Made by a program: the position numbers and the translations under genes
Part shown: in pieces, positions 11,275-25,794 of the stretch
Position numbering within the stretch: position 1 is the first letter of the stretch
Layout of the letters: every line of letters starts with the position of its first letter
Assembly (NCBI RefSeq): GCF_009914755.1
Contig: NC_060946.1
Strand: one strand, 5' to 3'
DNA length: 64,000 bases
From: the human T2T-CHM13v2.0 reference genome, Homo sapiens
Notes under the pieces: generated by a model
What the model saw: only the letters and a program-made list of their open reading frames with translations
What the model was told of the DNA's origin: nothing
Database searches by the model: none

Positions 11275-13190
11275 TCGAGTCCATTCGATGATTCCACTCG
11301 ATTCCATTTGATGATGATTCCATTCGAGTCCATTTGATGATTACATTCGATGATTATTGCGTTCAATTCCATTCGATGATGATTCCATTTGATTCCATTC
11401 GATGATTGCATTCGATTCCATTAGATGATGAGTCCATTCAATTCCATTCGATGATTCCATTCGATTCCATTTGATGATTCAATTCGATTCCATTCGATGA
11501 TTATTCCATTTGATTCCATTTGATGATTTCATTTGATGCCATGCGATGATGATTCCATTCGATTCCATTCCATGATTCCATTCGATGATGATTCCATTTG
11601 ATTCCATTCGATGATTCCATTCGATCCCATTCTAAGATTTCATTCAATTCCATTCAATGATTATTCCATTCAATTCCTTTCGATGATTCCATTCGATTCC
11701 ATTCGATGATGATTCCATTCAATTCCATTTGATGATTCCATTCGATTCCATTCGATGATTCCATTCGATTCCATTCGATGATGATTCCATTCGATTCCAT
11801 TCAATGATTCCATTCGATGCCATTTGATGATGATTCCATTCGATGATTGCATTCCCTTCCATTCGACGATTTCATTGGATTCCATTTGATGATTATTCCA
11901 TTCGATTCTTTTCGATGATTCCATTTGATTCCATTCTATGATGATTCCATTTGATTCCATTCGATGACTCCATTCGATTCCATTCGATGACTCCATTCAA
12001 TTCCATTCGATTCCATTTGATGATTATTCCATTCGATTCCATTCGATGATTCCGTTTGATTCCATGTGATGATGATTCCATTCGATTCCATTCCATGGTT
12101 CCATTCGATTCCATTCGTTGATGTTTCCATTTGATTCCATTCGATGATTCCATTCGATTCCATTCTAGGATTTCATTCGATTCCATTCGATGATTATTCC
12201 ATTCAATTCCTTTGATGATTCCGTTCGACTCCATTCGATGATGATTCCATTCCATTCCATTCCATTCAATGTTGATTGCATTCGATTCCATTCGATGATT
12301 CTTTTCGATTTCACTCGATGATGATTCCATTCGATTCCATTTGATTTATTCCATTCGATTCCGTTCGATGTTTCCTTTCTATATCATTTAATGATGATTC
12401 CATTCGATTCCTTGTGATGATGATTCCATTCGATTCCATGTAATGATGATTCCATTAGATTCCCTTCCATAATTCCATTCGATTCCATTCGATGATGATT
12501 CCATTCAATTCCATTGGATGATGATTCCATTCGATTCCATTCGATTATTCCATTCGATTCCATTGGATGATTCCATTCGATGATGACACCATTCGATTCC
12601 ATTAATGATTCCATTTGATTCCATTCGATGATTATTCCATTCGATTCCATTGGATGATTCCATTCAATTCCATTCGATGATGATTCCATTCGATGATTCC
12701 ATTCTATTCCATTTGATGATGATTCCATTCGATTCCATTTGATGATTCCATTCGATTCCATTCGATGATGATTCCATTCCATTCCATTCGATGATGATTC
12801 CATTCAATGATGATTCCATTTGATTCCATTCGATGATGATTTCTTTTGAGTACATATGATGATGATTCCATTCGAGTGCATTCGACGATGATTCCATTTG
12901 ATTCCATTCAAATGATGATTCCATTCAATTCCATTCGATGATTCCATTTGATTCCATTCGAGGATTCCATTTGATTCCATTTGATGATGATTCCATTCGA
13001 TTCCATTCAATGATGATTCCATTCAATTCCATTCAATGATGATTCCATTCGAGTCCATTCGATGATGATTCCATTCCAGTCTATTTGATGATGATTCCTT
13101 TCGATTCCATTCGATGATGACTCCATTCGTTTCCATTTGATGACGATTCCATTCGATGATAATTCCATTCGAGTCCATTCGATGATGATT
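11275..13190 (+). repeat. Human satellite II (HSat2), CATTC strand on +
   Basis: Tandem ATTCCATTCGATGATG-type units with CATTCGATTC 10-mers. Confidence 0.95.
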
Positions 13191-13490
13191 CCATTCCATT
13201 CCATTCCATTCCATTCCATTCCATTCCATTCCACTATATTCCATTACATCCGATTCCATTCCACTCCATTCCACTCCTCTCCTCTCCACTCCACTCCACT
13301 CCACTCCACTCCATTCCATTCCATTCCATTCTATTCCACTGCTTTCCATTCCATTCCTTTCTTTTGAGAGTGTCTCACTCTGTCACCCAGCCTGTAACAC
13401 AATGGCACAATCTCAGCTCCCATTCCATTCCTCTCCATTCAATTCCATTCGATTCAATTCCATTCAATTCCCTTCCATTCCATTCCATTC
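13191..13490 (+). repeat. (CATTC)n / (CACTC)n HSat3-like pentamer tract, interrupted by an Alu fragment
   Basis: Pure CATTC pentamers, then CACTC, then an Alu piece, then CATTC/AATTC up to 13490. Confidence 0.85.
13355..13419 (-). mobile_element. Alu 3'-end fragment embedded in satellite
   Basis: TTTCTTTTGAGAGTGTCTCACTCTGTCACCCAGCCTG...GGCACAATCTCAGCTC. Confidence 0.8.
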
Positions 13491-13559
13491 GAAAAAGAAA
13501 AACAGTTCCAAAGTCATACTCACTTTTCTGCTCTTGTCAGACAATTAAGGGTTCTTTGA

Positions 13560-14800
13560 ATACTTCAGCCCTAATAATTTTCTTCCTAACATACATATTG
13601 CAGTAATTATCTAATTTTAAATATATTTTGTTTCAACACCGAATTTTCTATTTAGATCTATCTGTATGTTTACAATATATTTTGCTCTGTGTTCATTCTT
13701 TGATTTCAGAAATTCAACATTTCTGAAGAATATTTTCAAAGTTTCTCTTTAGTTTCTTTAGTGGAATTCTGCCTGTGGTGTTTTGTTTTTTTCTCTAAGT
13801 ATGTTATTTAGCCATAGGTTGATGAATATTTTTCTTCGTTGAGAATTTCAGAATGGCATTATTATTCTTAACAAATAATATCGTTTATTTTACCTTTCAT
13901 TTTTTCAGATTTCAATAAGACTAAAAGTAATTTTATTTTTCTGGTGCTAATTGAAATATTTTTCCCTTCCTGGTTGTTTACTATTTCTCTAGGAGATACA
14001 TAGATGTAGGTTTATCTCCATTGTAGCTTGCTTAGCATGCATGGAATTTTTGAATATACAGATTAGTGTCTTACAAAAGTCTAGAGAACTTTCAGCCAAA
14101 ATATCATCACATATTGTCCCTTCCCAGTTCCCTTCCTCTATGAGAACACTCACTAAACACATGCTACACTTTCTCACTGTATCTTCCATGTCTCTTCATC
14201 ATTCTGTCCACATTTTACATTTTTCTAAATTTTCTGTAATGCATTCTGAAATATTTATGAACTCTCACCATGGCCATGCTTAATCTGATGAGTTCATTTT
14301 TGAGTTTTTAATTTAAAATAACTATATTTTTATACAAACTTCTTTTCAAATTTGCTACATCAATTTTTTAGTCTCCTAACAATATATTCATTTTTAAAAA
14401 AATTTTTTTGAAAGCAAATGAGCTTTATAACCTAACAGTGATATTTCTGCTAAGGAACATTTGTGGATCTGTTTGTACTCCTTTTCTGCTTTCCTTTCAA
14501 ATGGTGGAATATCATTTCCTTGCGTACTTAGATGCCTTTGAATGACAAATATTTATTTTTCTCTGAAAATTATTTTTGTGCACTTTTGCGGATTAGTAAG
14601 TAGAAAATTTGCCAAAGAGAATTTGAATTTTTTTGTGATTCTACTAAAGGCACCACCATTCTGGGACCACATTATGTTAATTCTTGGCCTGAAGGTGTTT
14701 GGACGTATGTTTGGGCTGCACGTTTAAACAATTTTTAAATTACTTGCTGTAAATTATTAGTGATTGAGTTTCTTTAAATCTGTCCAATCTCAAGTCGCTT
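13560..14800 (-). mobile_element. Ancient L1M remnant (ORF1 region)
   Basis: Minus ORF 13989-14189 (EDTVRKCSMCLVSV..DDILAESSLDF..) resembles degraded L1 ORF1p. Boundaries are approximate. Confidence 0.5.
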
Positions 14801-16719
14801 TTATTTGCCATTTCCAGGGAATGTGAGATGGGACTAATTTACCTCTGATTCTTCTTTATACTGAGGATAGAAATTTTGGTCCTAGCTTTAGGGAGGAGCT
14901 CCTGTGTGATGCCCTATCTTGGGAAAAACTATGTATTTCTTTACTGTCCTATATGATGTATGACAGTAGGAATCTGCACTCATTCATTTTGGTACACGTC
15001 CGTAGGGCAAAATCAGTTTTGGTGTTTAGTTATATTTTGTCTGCTCCCTGCATTCCCATGGTTTGGACCTTATATTTTACTTTTTTTTTGTGAACATACC
15101 AGTGCTTCAAGTTTTTTCCAGTAATATATTCAACTATATTATGAGAAAGAGAAAAATTTTGATAAAACACAAATTTCATGTTTTCCTTCTCTAATTGGCT
15201 TTTACGTAAAAATACAGGTAAAATTTATTTGTGCTTTTTTGCTATTTCTGTTTTGCTATTCTCTGTTTGTCTATGTCTTCTCCACATAGACACAATTAGG
15301 GAATTTTGTACACTCTTGTGCCAACTGCTTTCATAGTAACAAAATGTATTTCTCGAACTCCTAGGTATAAAACTCAAGTATCCACAATTTAAATTCTTTT
15401 TGTTCACTTCTATTATGTTTCCATTCTCAATACAAATCGATGCCAATCCAGAAATACAAGCATTATTCTAATACTTCTCACACATTACTGATATAGATTA
15501 AATTTTCTAGATCTCCTTAAATACTATCATTTTTCACTACTTGTACCTTAACTGTTAAGTTCAACATTTTCTATAATATTAATATGTTGTGAAAATTTCC
15601 TTACTTTCTTATTTGTCCCAACTTCAAGGTTTTGCAGTCTCTACCTCACTCTGTGAAGCATAAACGTTCTACATGCTGTACAAATAATACATACTACATG
15701 TGCTTAGAGATTGCACAATTTTTATTTGGTCGACAATAGCTAATGTTTTCTTCTTCATTTTCTATTTCCTGATTTTTCTTTATTTAGTATATGCTACATT
15801 ATCATAAAAATAAAAAAAGTTTTACAAACTAAAGCAAAAACAACTCCAGGAAAAAATGCACAAATAAAATATATAAACATACAATTAGATGTAGCATGTA
15901 TCCTTCTAATTTATTTAGACATTTAATTGTAGTACAATTTTAATTACATTCTGTGTATTATCTGCCATCGTCTTAGTATTTTTTATATAACAAATTTTGT
16001 AAATCAAAAAGTCTCAATGTCTTTATAAGCTATCTTGGCAGAGGTTGATGTCCAAGTAATAATTTCTCTCCCAAATTATGTCAATCAGAATTTCACTCTA
16101 CCATAATTCTTTTAATCAGTTTCAGAGGAATCATAAATTTCAAAATTGTTCAAGGTAGTTGTTGTAGTTCAAGTACATTTTGACAGGTGTAAAACTGTAG
16201 ACAGTCTGATACAAACATATTCTAATTGACTCAAAACTATATGGGACCTATTTTAAAATCTAGACTTTAAAATGTCTTGTCAACGTACACATGTTCTCCT
16301 TGTGAAATAATTGCTTTTTATTCTCTGGATAGAATAATTTAATCTTAAAACCTTCAATTCACGTTAAAAACAAAATATTACATAAGGATATGCTTATAAA
16401 AATAATTCACAACTAGCTTTTCAATTCAGAAATATATGTGAAAAATCATCAAGCATCTCATGGATTTCAAGGAGAAATGGGTTAGTAATTTATTCCATAT
16501 GTCTCAATTTTTCCTAGACTCAAGTCTTCCTTTAAAATAATTCTAGGCGTTTAAGAAACCATGTAAACTAAAAAGAAGAAATTGTGACACTGCCGCTTAG
16601 GTTTTTTAAATCTTTGGACATTAATCAATATATTTTTAAATTTTATCTTAATTAGACATTGTGAGTTCACCATCTTCCTGTCAGTATAGCATCCAAGCTG
16701 ATTATCATAGATTACAAGT

Positions 16720-17160
16720 TCAACTATCAACTGTGTTCTGAGAGTCTAAAAAAATAAATGAATGTATTTGTTTGTATATTCTTAAAGCAGGAGTGAGGAC
16801 ACAGCGAAAGTGAGACAAAGAAGAGAGAACAAAATAAAACAGGAAAGATAGAAAAGCCAATACCACACGTGTTAAGAGGCAAGTTCCTGTGTTAGATATG
16901 TGGGCTTAATTCTCTGGGAAGCTATGTGGAGCATGCCTCAGAATTACATCACTGAATCCAGGGAGATTCTTCTTAGTTACCCTCACCTTTTCTTCCCACT
17001 TCATGCCCAGTATCAACCTCCCATGCTGCTAGAGAAAGTCCTCAGCTAGAAACAGCTGCAAATTCTGGAGATGAGACCTTGTAGAGTGTTAAGAATGGTT
17101 TTCTTCCCAGCAGCTACAGGTAAGGAATAGGGGCTGGGCTATTAATACATCTGCTACAAA
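16720..17160 (-). mobile_element. LTR33-like ERVL LTR
   Basis: AAGTGAGACA..AAGCCAATACCACACGTGTTAAGAGG..CATGCCTCAGAATTA resembles the recalled LTR33 reverse strand. Confidence 0.5.
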
Positions 17161-19926
17161 TCAATATACCCCTTAGGCTCCTTTTGGTGATCGACAATGT
17201 ATTTAAAAATATTAGATGATCAAGAAGGGCTGCAGAAAGGAGGAAGCAGAAACAAACAGCACACTTCTTGGTTTATTTTTATTCATTTCATCAGTTTCAA
17301 GGAAAATGTGTTGGGAGTTCCTGGCATAGAGAATATCAGAAATATATGTTTTCAATAGTGGTGCTATCCCTAGGGCAGAGAAGACCCAAAGAAAGCCCAA
17401 GTGGCTGTTGGAACAAAGTCAGACACCGTGTCACCTGTCCACACTCCTTGGCTCTGCCATCATGCTGAAGATCGGTTGAAAGGACTGGCTACCCTCCCCC
17501 CAAAATTAAAAGAGCACAAACTGAGAAACTGAATGTAGGAGACAGCAGTGGATTATGCTGTTCTCAGGGGTCACCTCAGGTTTGGAAGCATTCTTTCAAA
17601 TTAACCCATCTCAGGCCATCTGCAGAGAAGAAAGGTGGTACCTAACTTTTTTTCTTGTCAGCATTTGGTAGGGGTGTTTTATTGACCAAATATGTTCCCA
17701 CAACCTAGTTTTTTCTAACTAACTAAATATAGTAGATTTTTAAATTTTATCACCAAAATCTATAGACAATTTTTGATTAAAATAGACTCCACATCTATGT
17801 CCTGCTTTTCTTCTTATTATTAATTACATTGCTGTATAAAAGAACAAGACTTCGGAATCAAGAATATCTTGTCTCTTGGCATTGAATTTATACAAGGTGC
17901 TCTTTCTTTAAGGCTGTCTCAAAGGACATATTTTTACTCATTAAAAAGGAAGATCGGAATCTAGTATGCACTGCTTTAACATATTAATAATTAAAATTAG
18001 GAGGTAAATGTGGTCAAAGCTATAGAAAGACTTGAGATGTCATTTATATTGATTACTGTGTAGCACTCTACAAACAGAAATTGTGAAATAATAGTTTATA
18101 TAAATATTTTGTATCATTTCAAATATTTGAGTGCCTGAATTTTTTCCTCTTATATAGCTCAGATTATCAATTTGAAGACTTACTCTGCTGGTTAAAAAGT
18201 TTTTAGTCTCGTTTGAGTATTATATAAAAGCAATTTTCAGTTAAATGTGTTCCGCTTACATAAAACATTACAAATTAGTGAGTATTTAATTACATTTTCA
18301 TGTTCCTGTAATGCCTTTAGAAGATTTTCATATTATTACCTATCAATTTATATATGCTTTGTCAAAGAAAAATCAAATATATATATCATTGAAATTGAAA
18401 CTTTTAAAAAGTACTTATTAATTCTATTGAAAAACCACATGCATAGGAACAATTGCAATATAATATTGTGAACATGTAAATATATATCCTATGTCTATTT
18501 TATATATAAGCCTATGTGATTAAAAATATAGTTAAGAATTTTTAAACCTAGTATTATAAAGTAAAAATTAGTTAAACTTCTGATGATTATTTCTTAATTA
18601 AGATAAAATTATTTTGATTTGAGTGATTTTAAATAAACAAAAATATTAAATTACATGACAAAAATTCTTTATAAAATGTTTATGATTTTTACATTGGTTT
18701 TATCACTTTATTCCACTATTTTATTTTAAGATGGCCTGCCTTGTTTAAAACACTATATTCATCTTAATTAAATTAAATTCTTTTTGTAAAAAAATTAACA
18801 AATGATTTGCTCTATTGTACAGTGCGGTTATAAACTGAGTCAGTATCTCAAGATTTGATCCCCATTATCGTCATCCGTGGCCCTATTTGTTTGATAAATG
18901 TAGTGTCTTTTTCCATGCCTGTCACATCTCTATTGCTCATTTATTTTTCTCTTTGTCCCTTAGAGGGAGCATTGCCTATCTCTAGATTAAGCAAAAGTAG
19001 CATCTTAAAAAAGCACAATAACCTGCTCAATCTTTCTCACACAGAGAAATGTTTGTTAAGTAATTAAAGTGTAGATGATGATACAAAGAGCTTGATTAAA
19101 TAAGATGCCAAAGTACCCTTGTGATTCAGAATATGAATGGTATTTAATGCCTTTGAAATCAATAATTGCTGAGTGACATTAATTAATGCCAATATTTCAG
19201 AAGTTGTTCTGGTTAGTGAAATGTGTACAACATGGAAAAGTTTCCGAACTCTGAAGGGCAACATTATTCTATAATTAAGAATTAAGAATTAATTCACATT
19301 AATTATTGGGGAGAAATAATTTTAAGAATTAATGACTGAGAAAACGTTTTTATATTTTATTTAGAAAATTATTTTGTGCATGAGCATTACTGCAAGTTTT
19401 GCAAGAAACATAAATTTATAGAAACAATTATGTGCACAAGATGAATTTAATAACATCTTGATATTTTCCACTATTAAAGTTGTATTTGGTAAATCTTTAA
19501 ATGCCCATCATCTAAAGATAATAAATGAATCTTGGAAATCTTATAGGTAAGGGTAAATATAAAGATGCATCCAATTACATTTACACACACATACAATTAA
19601 GTTTACACAAACATACATGCACACACACTCACCGATACAGGTATGCGTATATATACATGAATTTACCAATTGATTTTAACTAATATTTATAAGAGCCTGT
19701 AAGATTGATATATATTGTTGAACCTGAAAAATATTTATTATATACAAGTTTAAAATACACAAATAAATAAATAGTAATTGCACTAGGCATTTGAAACTGT
19801 ACTTAAATATAAACTGTGAACATTTTGTGATCATTACAAATTCTTACACTGAATAAATATTTTTAGTTTTATAATGTTTGATACATGTGTACATTTTTTA
19901 AAATGTATTATTTTATTTTTGTCATA

Positions 19927-20268
19927 GAGTAATGTCATGCATAATAACATTTCAGTCAAAGATGGATTGCATATAAAAAAGTGTTCCCATGAGATTATAA
20001 TACACATTTTTTCATACTTTTCTATGTTTAAGTATGTTTAGATACATAACCTCTTACCACTGTGTTCTTATTGCCTGCAGTATTCAGTACAGTAATGTAG
20101 TACACAGGTTTGTAGCCTAGGATAGAGAGGCTATACCATATGACCTAGACATGGTAGGCTGTACAATCTAGGTGTTTGTAATATTCTCTGTGATGTTTGC
20201 AAAATGATGAAATTGCCTATGGATGCATCTGTTAGAACGTATCCCTATCATTGAGTGATGTGTGACTG
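19927..20268 (+). mobile_element. Tigger3a (MER7A) non-autonomous DNA transposon
   Basis: Collinear with Tigger3a: ...CCCATGAGATTATAATAC...GGTTTGTAGCCTAGG...AGAACGTATCCC...GTGACTG, preceded by TA. Confidence 0.85.
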
Positions 20269-20789
20269 TCTAAAATGCTCAATCTAAGTTTCAATGTCCT
20301 CCATAAAATTGTTGTACTGTGAAATACAAATCTCTCACCCATGGCCTGAATATGTTTGCAAACTAAGCAGATCATGGGAAGGAGAATGTGCTGGCATCGC
20401 TGGGATGATTTTCTCACACTACATGAATAATATCTGCAGACTTTGCGAATATGAGCCCCTTGCATAGAGTTAAAGTAAGCATCTCTTTGCTGGGAAATTT
20501 ATCAAATGGGAGCATGAAGTGTTTTTAAACGATACTTGTTTGTTTGTAGATGGTAGGCCTACAGTGGTTCATGGCAATGGTTGAGGTTGCTAAGATTTGG
20601 TGGAAGGAGGCAAAATGAAATGACCACTTATATGGTATATGGATCACTTGTTTCTGTTGAGTTACAGATTCAGCTGGCTATTTCTCCTAATGTTAGTTAT
20701 TTGGAGAAAAATACGTGATGGTAATTTTGGGGTAACAAATACAATATTTGATGAAAGCAAATTTATTGAGGATTAGACAAACTACAAGA

Positions 20790-21170
20790 TAATTTAGGCT
20801 GCAAAGTCAACACAAGACTTCTGGCCCAAATTGTGCAGAGTTTGGGTCCAGATGCAAAGTTCAAAGGAAGAGGCCATATAAGACGATTCGCACTTTTGAC
20901 ACCAACTGCCAGATCAGGGGTTTCCCCAGAACACCCTCAGTATCAAGAATTTACTAGAAAGACTCACAGAACTCATTGAATGCCATTGTACTCATGGTTT
21001 ATAATAGAGAAAGGGTAGAAATTAGGACCAATCAAAGGAAGAGATGTATCACATAAGGTGGAATCTAGGAGATTTTGAATGTTAGCTTTCCATTGTCTTC
21101 AGGACATATTACCTGCCATTGTTGTACAGCAATAAACATGGAGTACTACCAACCTGGGAGCTCACCTGAT
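20790..21170. mobile_element. MER21-like LTR fragment
   Basis: CACCCTCAG..AATTTACTAGAAAGACTCACAGAACTCA motif. Confidence 0.55.
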
Positions 21171-21219
21171 GCTAAAAAGACACTATTTCAAAAATGAAAA
21201 GACAAAGGAAAGGAAGAGA

Positions 21220-23745
21220 TAAGATGACCTTCCACATTAAGGCACTGGAAAGAATAGCAAACTAAACCTAAAGCAAGCAGAAGGAAGAAAATAAAAATTA
21301 GAGAAATTAATAATTTATAATATTAATCATATTTGTTAGTATTGACTAATTGACATTAATGGTTGACTAACTTTTTTTAAAAAGAGAAATATTCACTTCC
21401 CAATTTATTCTGTGGGGCCAGTGTTACCTTGATACAAAAATTAGTCCAAATAGCATAGAAAAATAAAACTACTATAAGTATAAATGCAAAATTCCTTAAA
21501 AACTACTAACAAATCAGATCTAGCAACAGTAAAAGAATTATACACTATGACAAAGTGAAATTTATACTAGTAATCTCAGGTTGGTTTAACAGCCCAAAAT
21601 CCATTAAGGTAATACATCTTATCCATAGAATAAGAAACAAGAATTGCATGATCATCTCGATAGATTCAGAAAAGACATTTAACAAAATCCAAATGCTTTA
21701 ATTATTAAAAATAAAAATAAAAACTCAATGAGCCAGGAATAGAGAACTTTCTACACCAGATACATGGCACCTGTGAAAAGCCAACGCAAACATTCAACTT
21801 AGTGGTGAAAGAAAGGATACTTTGCCGCTATGGTCAGAGGTAAGAAGAGGATACATACTTTAACCTCTTCTAGTCAACACTGTACTGAAGATTTTATGCA
21901 GGGCAAATCGGCAAGTAAAGAAATGAGTCACCCATATTGAACAGGAGGAAATAAAACTTTATTTGCAAATAACATTCTTGTATATAGAAAATTTTAAGGA
22001 ATCCACTGAACGATAGAACTAGTAAATTACTTCAGCAATATTACAGCGTATGAGATAAATATACAAAAATCAATTGCACACATCTACAATGAAAACCCTA
22101 AAATGAAATTAAGAAAACACTTCAATTTTCAATAGCATCAAAAAAAGAAATAATAATTAATTTGGAAAATGTGATACAAGATTTCACTCTGAAAATTAAA
22201 AATTATTGTTTAAAGAAGATCTAAATAATTAGCAAATATCTTACAGCCATGAATTGGAAGATTTAATATTGTAGTACTTTACAAGTTGAACTACAGATTT
22301 GACTTAATCCCTGCGAGTATCCCAACAGACTTCTGTCTAGAAACTTACAAGCTGATTCTAAAATACACATGGAATTGTAAGGGACTTAAAATAGCCAAAA
22401 TCGTCTTGAAAAAAGAAAACATATTAGGATAATTCACACCCCCGTGCTCCAAACCTTACAGCAAAGCATCAGTAATCAAGACAACAAAATACTGATGAAG
22501 GAAAAATATATAGATTGATGGAAGAGAATTGAGAGTCCATATATAAAACTATGTATATATAGTCAATGGATTCTTACAGTGGTGCCATGTGCAATTCAAT
22601 GAGGAAGAGACATTCTTTGAACAAACTGGGTCAACAACGTACACGTGGATCGCCACTTGCAAAATAATAAATTGGAACCCTTACCCCAAAGCATACAAAA
22701 ATATTAACTCAAATGAATTAAAGATATACATGCAAGAGCTAGAATAAAGCATGTGGGAAAATCTTCAGGATTTTGGATCTAGCAAAGAAATAGCTGTAAC
22801 ACCAAAAACATGAGCAACAAAATAAAAATTAGTTATTTAAAATTTCTTAAAAATTAAAGACATTGGTGTTTCAAAGGACAACCAAGCAAGTCAAAAGGCA
22901 GCTCAAAAATTGTGAGAAGATATTTGAAAAACACATATCTATATGTCTGTATATATATGTATCTTGAATATAGAAAAATTGTTTTAACTCAGTAACAAAC
23001 ATCCCGACTCAAAACTGATAAATGATAGGAATAGATGTGTTTCCCAAGAAGATACACTAACGGTCAATAATCCCATAAAAAGATACTCAATAGCATCACT
23101 CATCAGGCAACTACAAATCAAAACCACACTTAGATACTCCATGGCTACAACTGACCACTTTGGAAAATAGTTTGATGGCTTCTAAGTATATTAAACATAA
23201 AATTGTCAAATTACCCAGAAATTTATTCCCAGGTATACACCCAGATTATTGGAAAGAGGTGTTCAAACACAAATTGTACACAAGTATTTTTAACAACAGT
23301 ATTTGCAATAGCCAAAGGCTGAACACAACTCAAATGTCAATAAAAATATTGTTGGATAAACATAATGTTATATCCAAGAAATTGAATGTTATACAGTTAT
23401 AAAAGGAAATAAAGTATCAATACGAATATGAACCTTGATAGCATTATGCCAACTGAAAGAAGCCAGGCACAAAAGGCCACCTATTGTTTGATTCCAATTA
23501 GATGAAAATAGAATAGGAAAATCTACAGAGACAGAAAACAGATTTGTGGTTGCTTAGGAATGAGTAGGGGATGAGTGCATAGGAGGTTAACAGCTAGAGA
23601 AGGTGAGGTTTCTTTTTGAAGTGATGAGAATGCTCTAAAATTCATTGTGATGATGGCTCCACTTATCTGTGTATATACTAAAAGCCATTGAATTGTAGAC
23701 ATTAATATGTGCACTCTACACTATGTAAATTATATCTCAATAAAT
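21220..23745 (+). mobile_element. Old L1 (L1MB7/8-like) ORF2 remnant and 3' end
   Basis: Degraded ORF2 motifs (GATCATCTCGATAGATTCAGAAAAGACATTT..). The 3' end ACAGAGACAGAAAACAGATTTGTGGTTGC...GTAAATTATATCTCAATAAA is typical of L1MB/ME. Confidence 0.8.
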
Positions 23746-23789
23746 CCTTTCAAAAATACACAGAAGACTAAGGGGTTTTGGAGTGTTGC

Positions 23790-24100
23790 AGCTGGGAGGC
23801 AGTTTGAAATACTGAATAGGTCTCATCGAGAGTGTGAGGTTTCAGTAAAGACTTGAGGAAGTTGAATGAGCTGATCAATGGATATATGGAGGGCTATCTT
23901 TCAAAGCCAATAAATTAACTAGAGTCTTGGTCATAAGACAGCAGCATGTTGGCATGTCCAGAGGACAGTGAGGTGGCCAGGACCACTGGTGAAGGGTGAA
24001 GACATAAAAGAATTTTGGCGGTTAACATGCGGCAGATCATGATGAGCTCGCAGACCATTGTACGAATTATGTCTTTTAGTGTAAATGAAATGGGGAGAGA
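23790..24100 (-). mobile_element. L2 LINE fragment
   Basis: AAAGACTTGAGGAAG...GCATGTTGGCATGTCCAGAGGACAGTGAGGTGGCCAG resembles the L2a reverse strand. Confidence 0.55.
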
Positions 24101-25794
24101 AATCATTACCCCATTATCAATATTTTAATAAATTGGATCCATGAACCAGATACAATGATATTAAATCAATTAGTAATAATATGCAAATTTGTATTAAAAT
24201 TACAAGAATTACTTGCACATTTGAGGAGAGTCATGATTGTTTATCAGCAATAATAAACATTATTAATTTTAATTGTGACCAGCTAATTGAGATTAATTGC
24301 AATACATCATGCCTTATGACTGTCAAAAGGAAAATATGATTGTAATCTTATACTACATCTATCAATGTCTTTGATTCATAGGACTATAGAGTAAGCCCCT
24401 AGTTTTCAAATCCAACTGATGAGGCAGTGACATCTTATGCAAGTTTGCTGCTTTCTGCCACAGTGGTCCTTGGTCAGCTGGCACAAATTGTTTTACAAAC
24501 ACCACTAGGTCTAAAAAAGTTTGGATCACAATGAACACAGAAACACCTTCATCCCTTCAGAAATACCTACCAATTACTTTCAATACAGAATGAAAAATTA
24601 ACAACGGAAGTATGTTGATTGTAAAAATGCCAGATAGCTTGCATCTACATGAAAGAAAAATACCATTTTTATTACAATAGATCATTGTCTTACATGAGTT
24701 TTAGTATAGCACAATGTTGAACCAAGGGCAAAGAAAGATGAATTAATGAAGTCTTAAGATATCAAGAATTTGAAAGAAAAGGAAGGTCATCTTTGAAGGT
24801 TAGTGACATAGCATTAATCTTCTGTTGTCACCTTTTCCATCATTCCCTGTATGCCTGATGGACAGCTTTCACTGAAGTTCAGAGAACAGCATGCATAGAT
24901 TAGCTGCCAACTAATTTTTATGAAGTGAGCTTAATTTCTAGCCAGACTGAGCTTACGTTTTAGCAGGAAGCATTTTTGGGAAATGTTTATGTTAGAGTTT
25001 GCCCTTCTTGACAAGGTGAGACATAAATGTCTACTTTATAGACATGAATTAAGATGGGAAGATATTTGGGGGAACATTTTCTCAAATGCCAAATAACAAA
25101 AATACACAAAAGGGAAATTATACTAGATTTATTTCCCACTTGTTTTCTATTTCTCATCCAATTCATTTTGATTCCCTTCAGTTTCTGTTTAATGTAGAAA
25201 GTGGCATTTTCGTTATTTTAAGCTTCTAGCACAATGAAAGATTTCTCTTTTTCATGAACTGCATCATAAATGAAAGGGAGGAAGAGTGTCCAATATCGTA
25301 TTTATTGTTCAATAAAACACTGCTCCACGGCTTAAATTCAGTTTAAAAAAGAGAATTTATTGAACATCTAACACATACATAAAAGGCAGTAAAGACAAAT
25401 GAGAAGAGGGCAGGATATCGAAGTATACAGACTTTAATGCTGAGTTTTGTATCTTAGTAAGTTACCGCACCTTACAGAGACTCAATTTCCCCTGATTTAC
25501 GAAGGCGACGCTAATGGGTATTGCCTAGGTGTAAGTATAAAAATGTATTTAAGAGAATCCCACAAGGTTGGTATAAGGCAGAAAATAAATAGATGTGACA
25601 TGAATAAGTAGTTTATTACATTTGTATGCTACCTGCAGACTAGAGGAAGCAAGAAACACAGCCACTATGCTTGATTAGCATTATATTCTAATTTGGAATA
25701 TAAATAGAAAAGAGAAAAATAGAAAGCTATGCATAAACACATGCATTAAAATGAATTTTATGTGGACTCTTTCAGGAAAATATTCCTAAGGTAT

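Noticed and set aside
11205-13606. MESNGIIEW-repeat ORFs
   Set aside because: Classic HSat2/HSat3 translation artefact.
17265-17700. Possible minus-strand 3'UTR or processed pseudogene (tandem AATAAA on the minus strand)
   Set aside because: No poly(A) tail, TSD or recognisable coding sequence.
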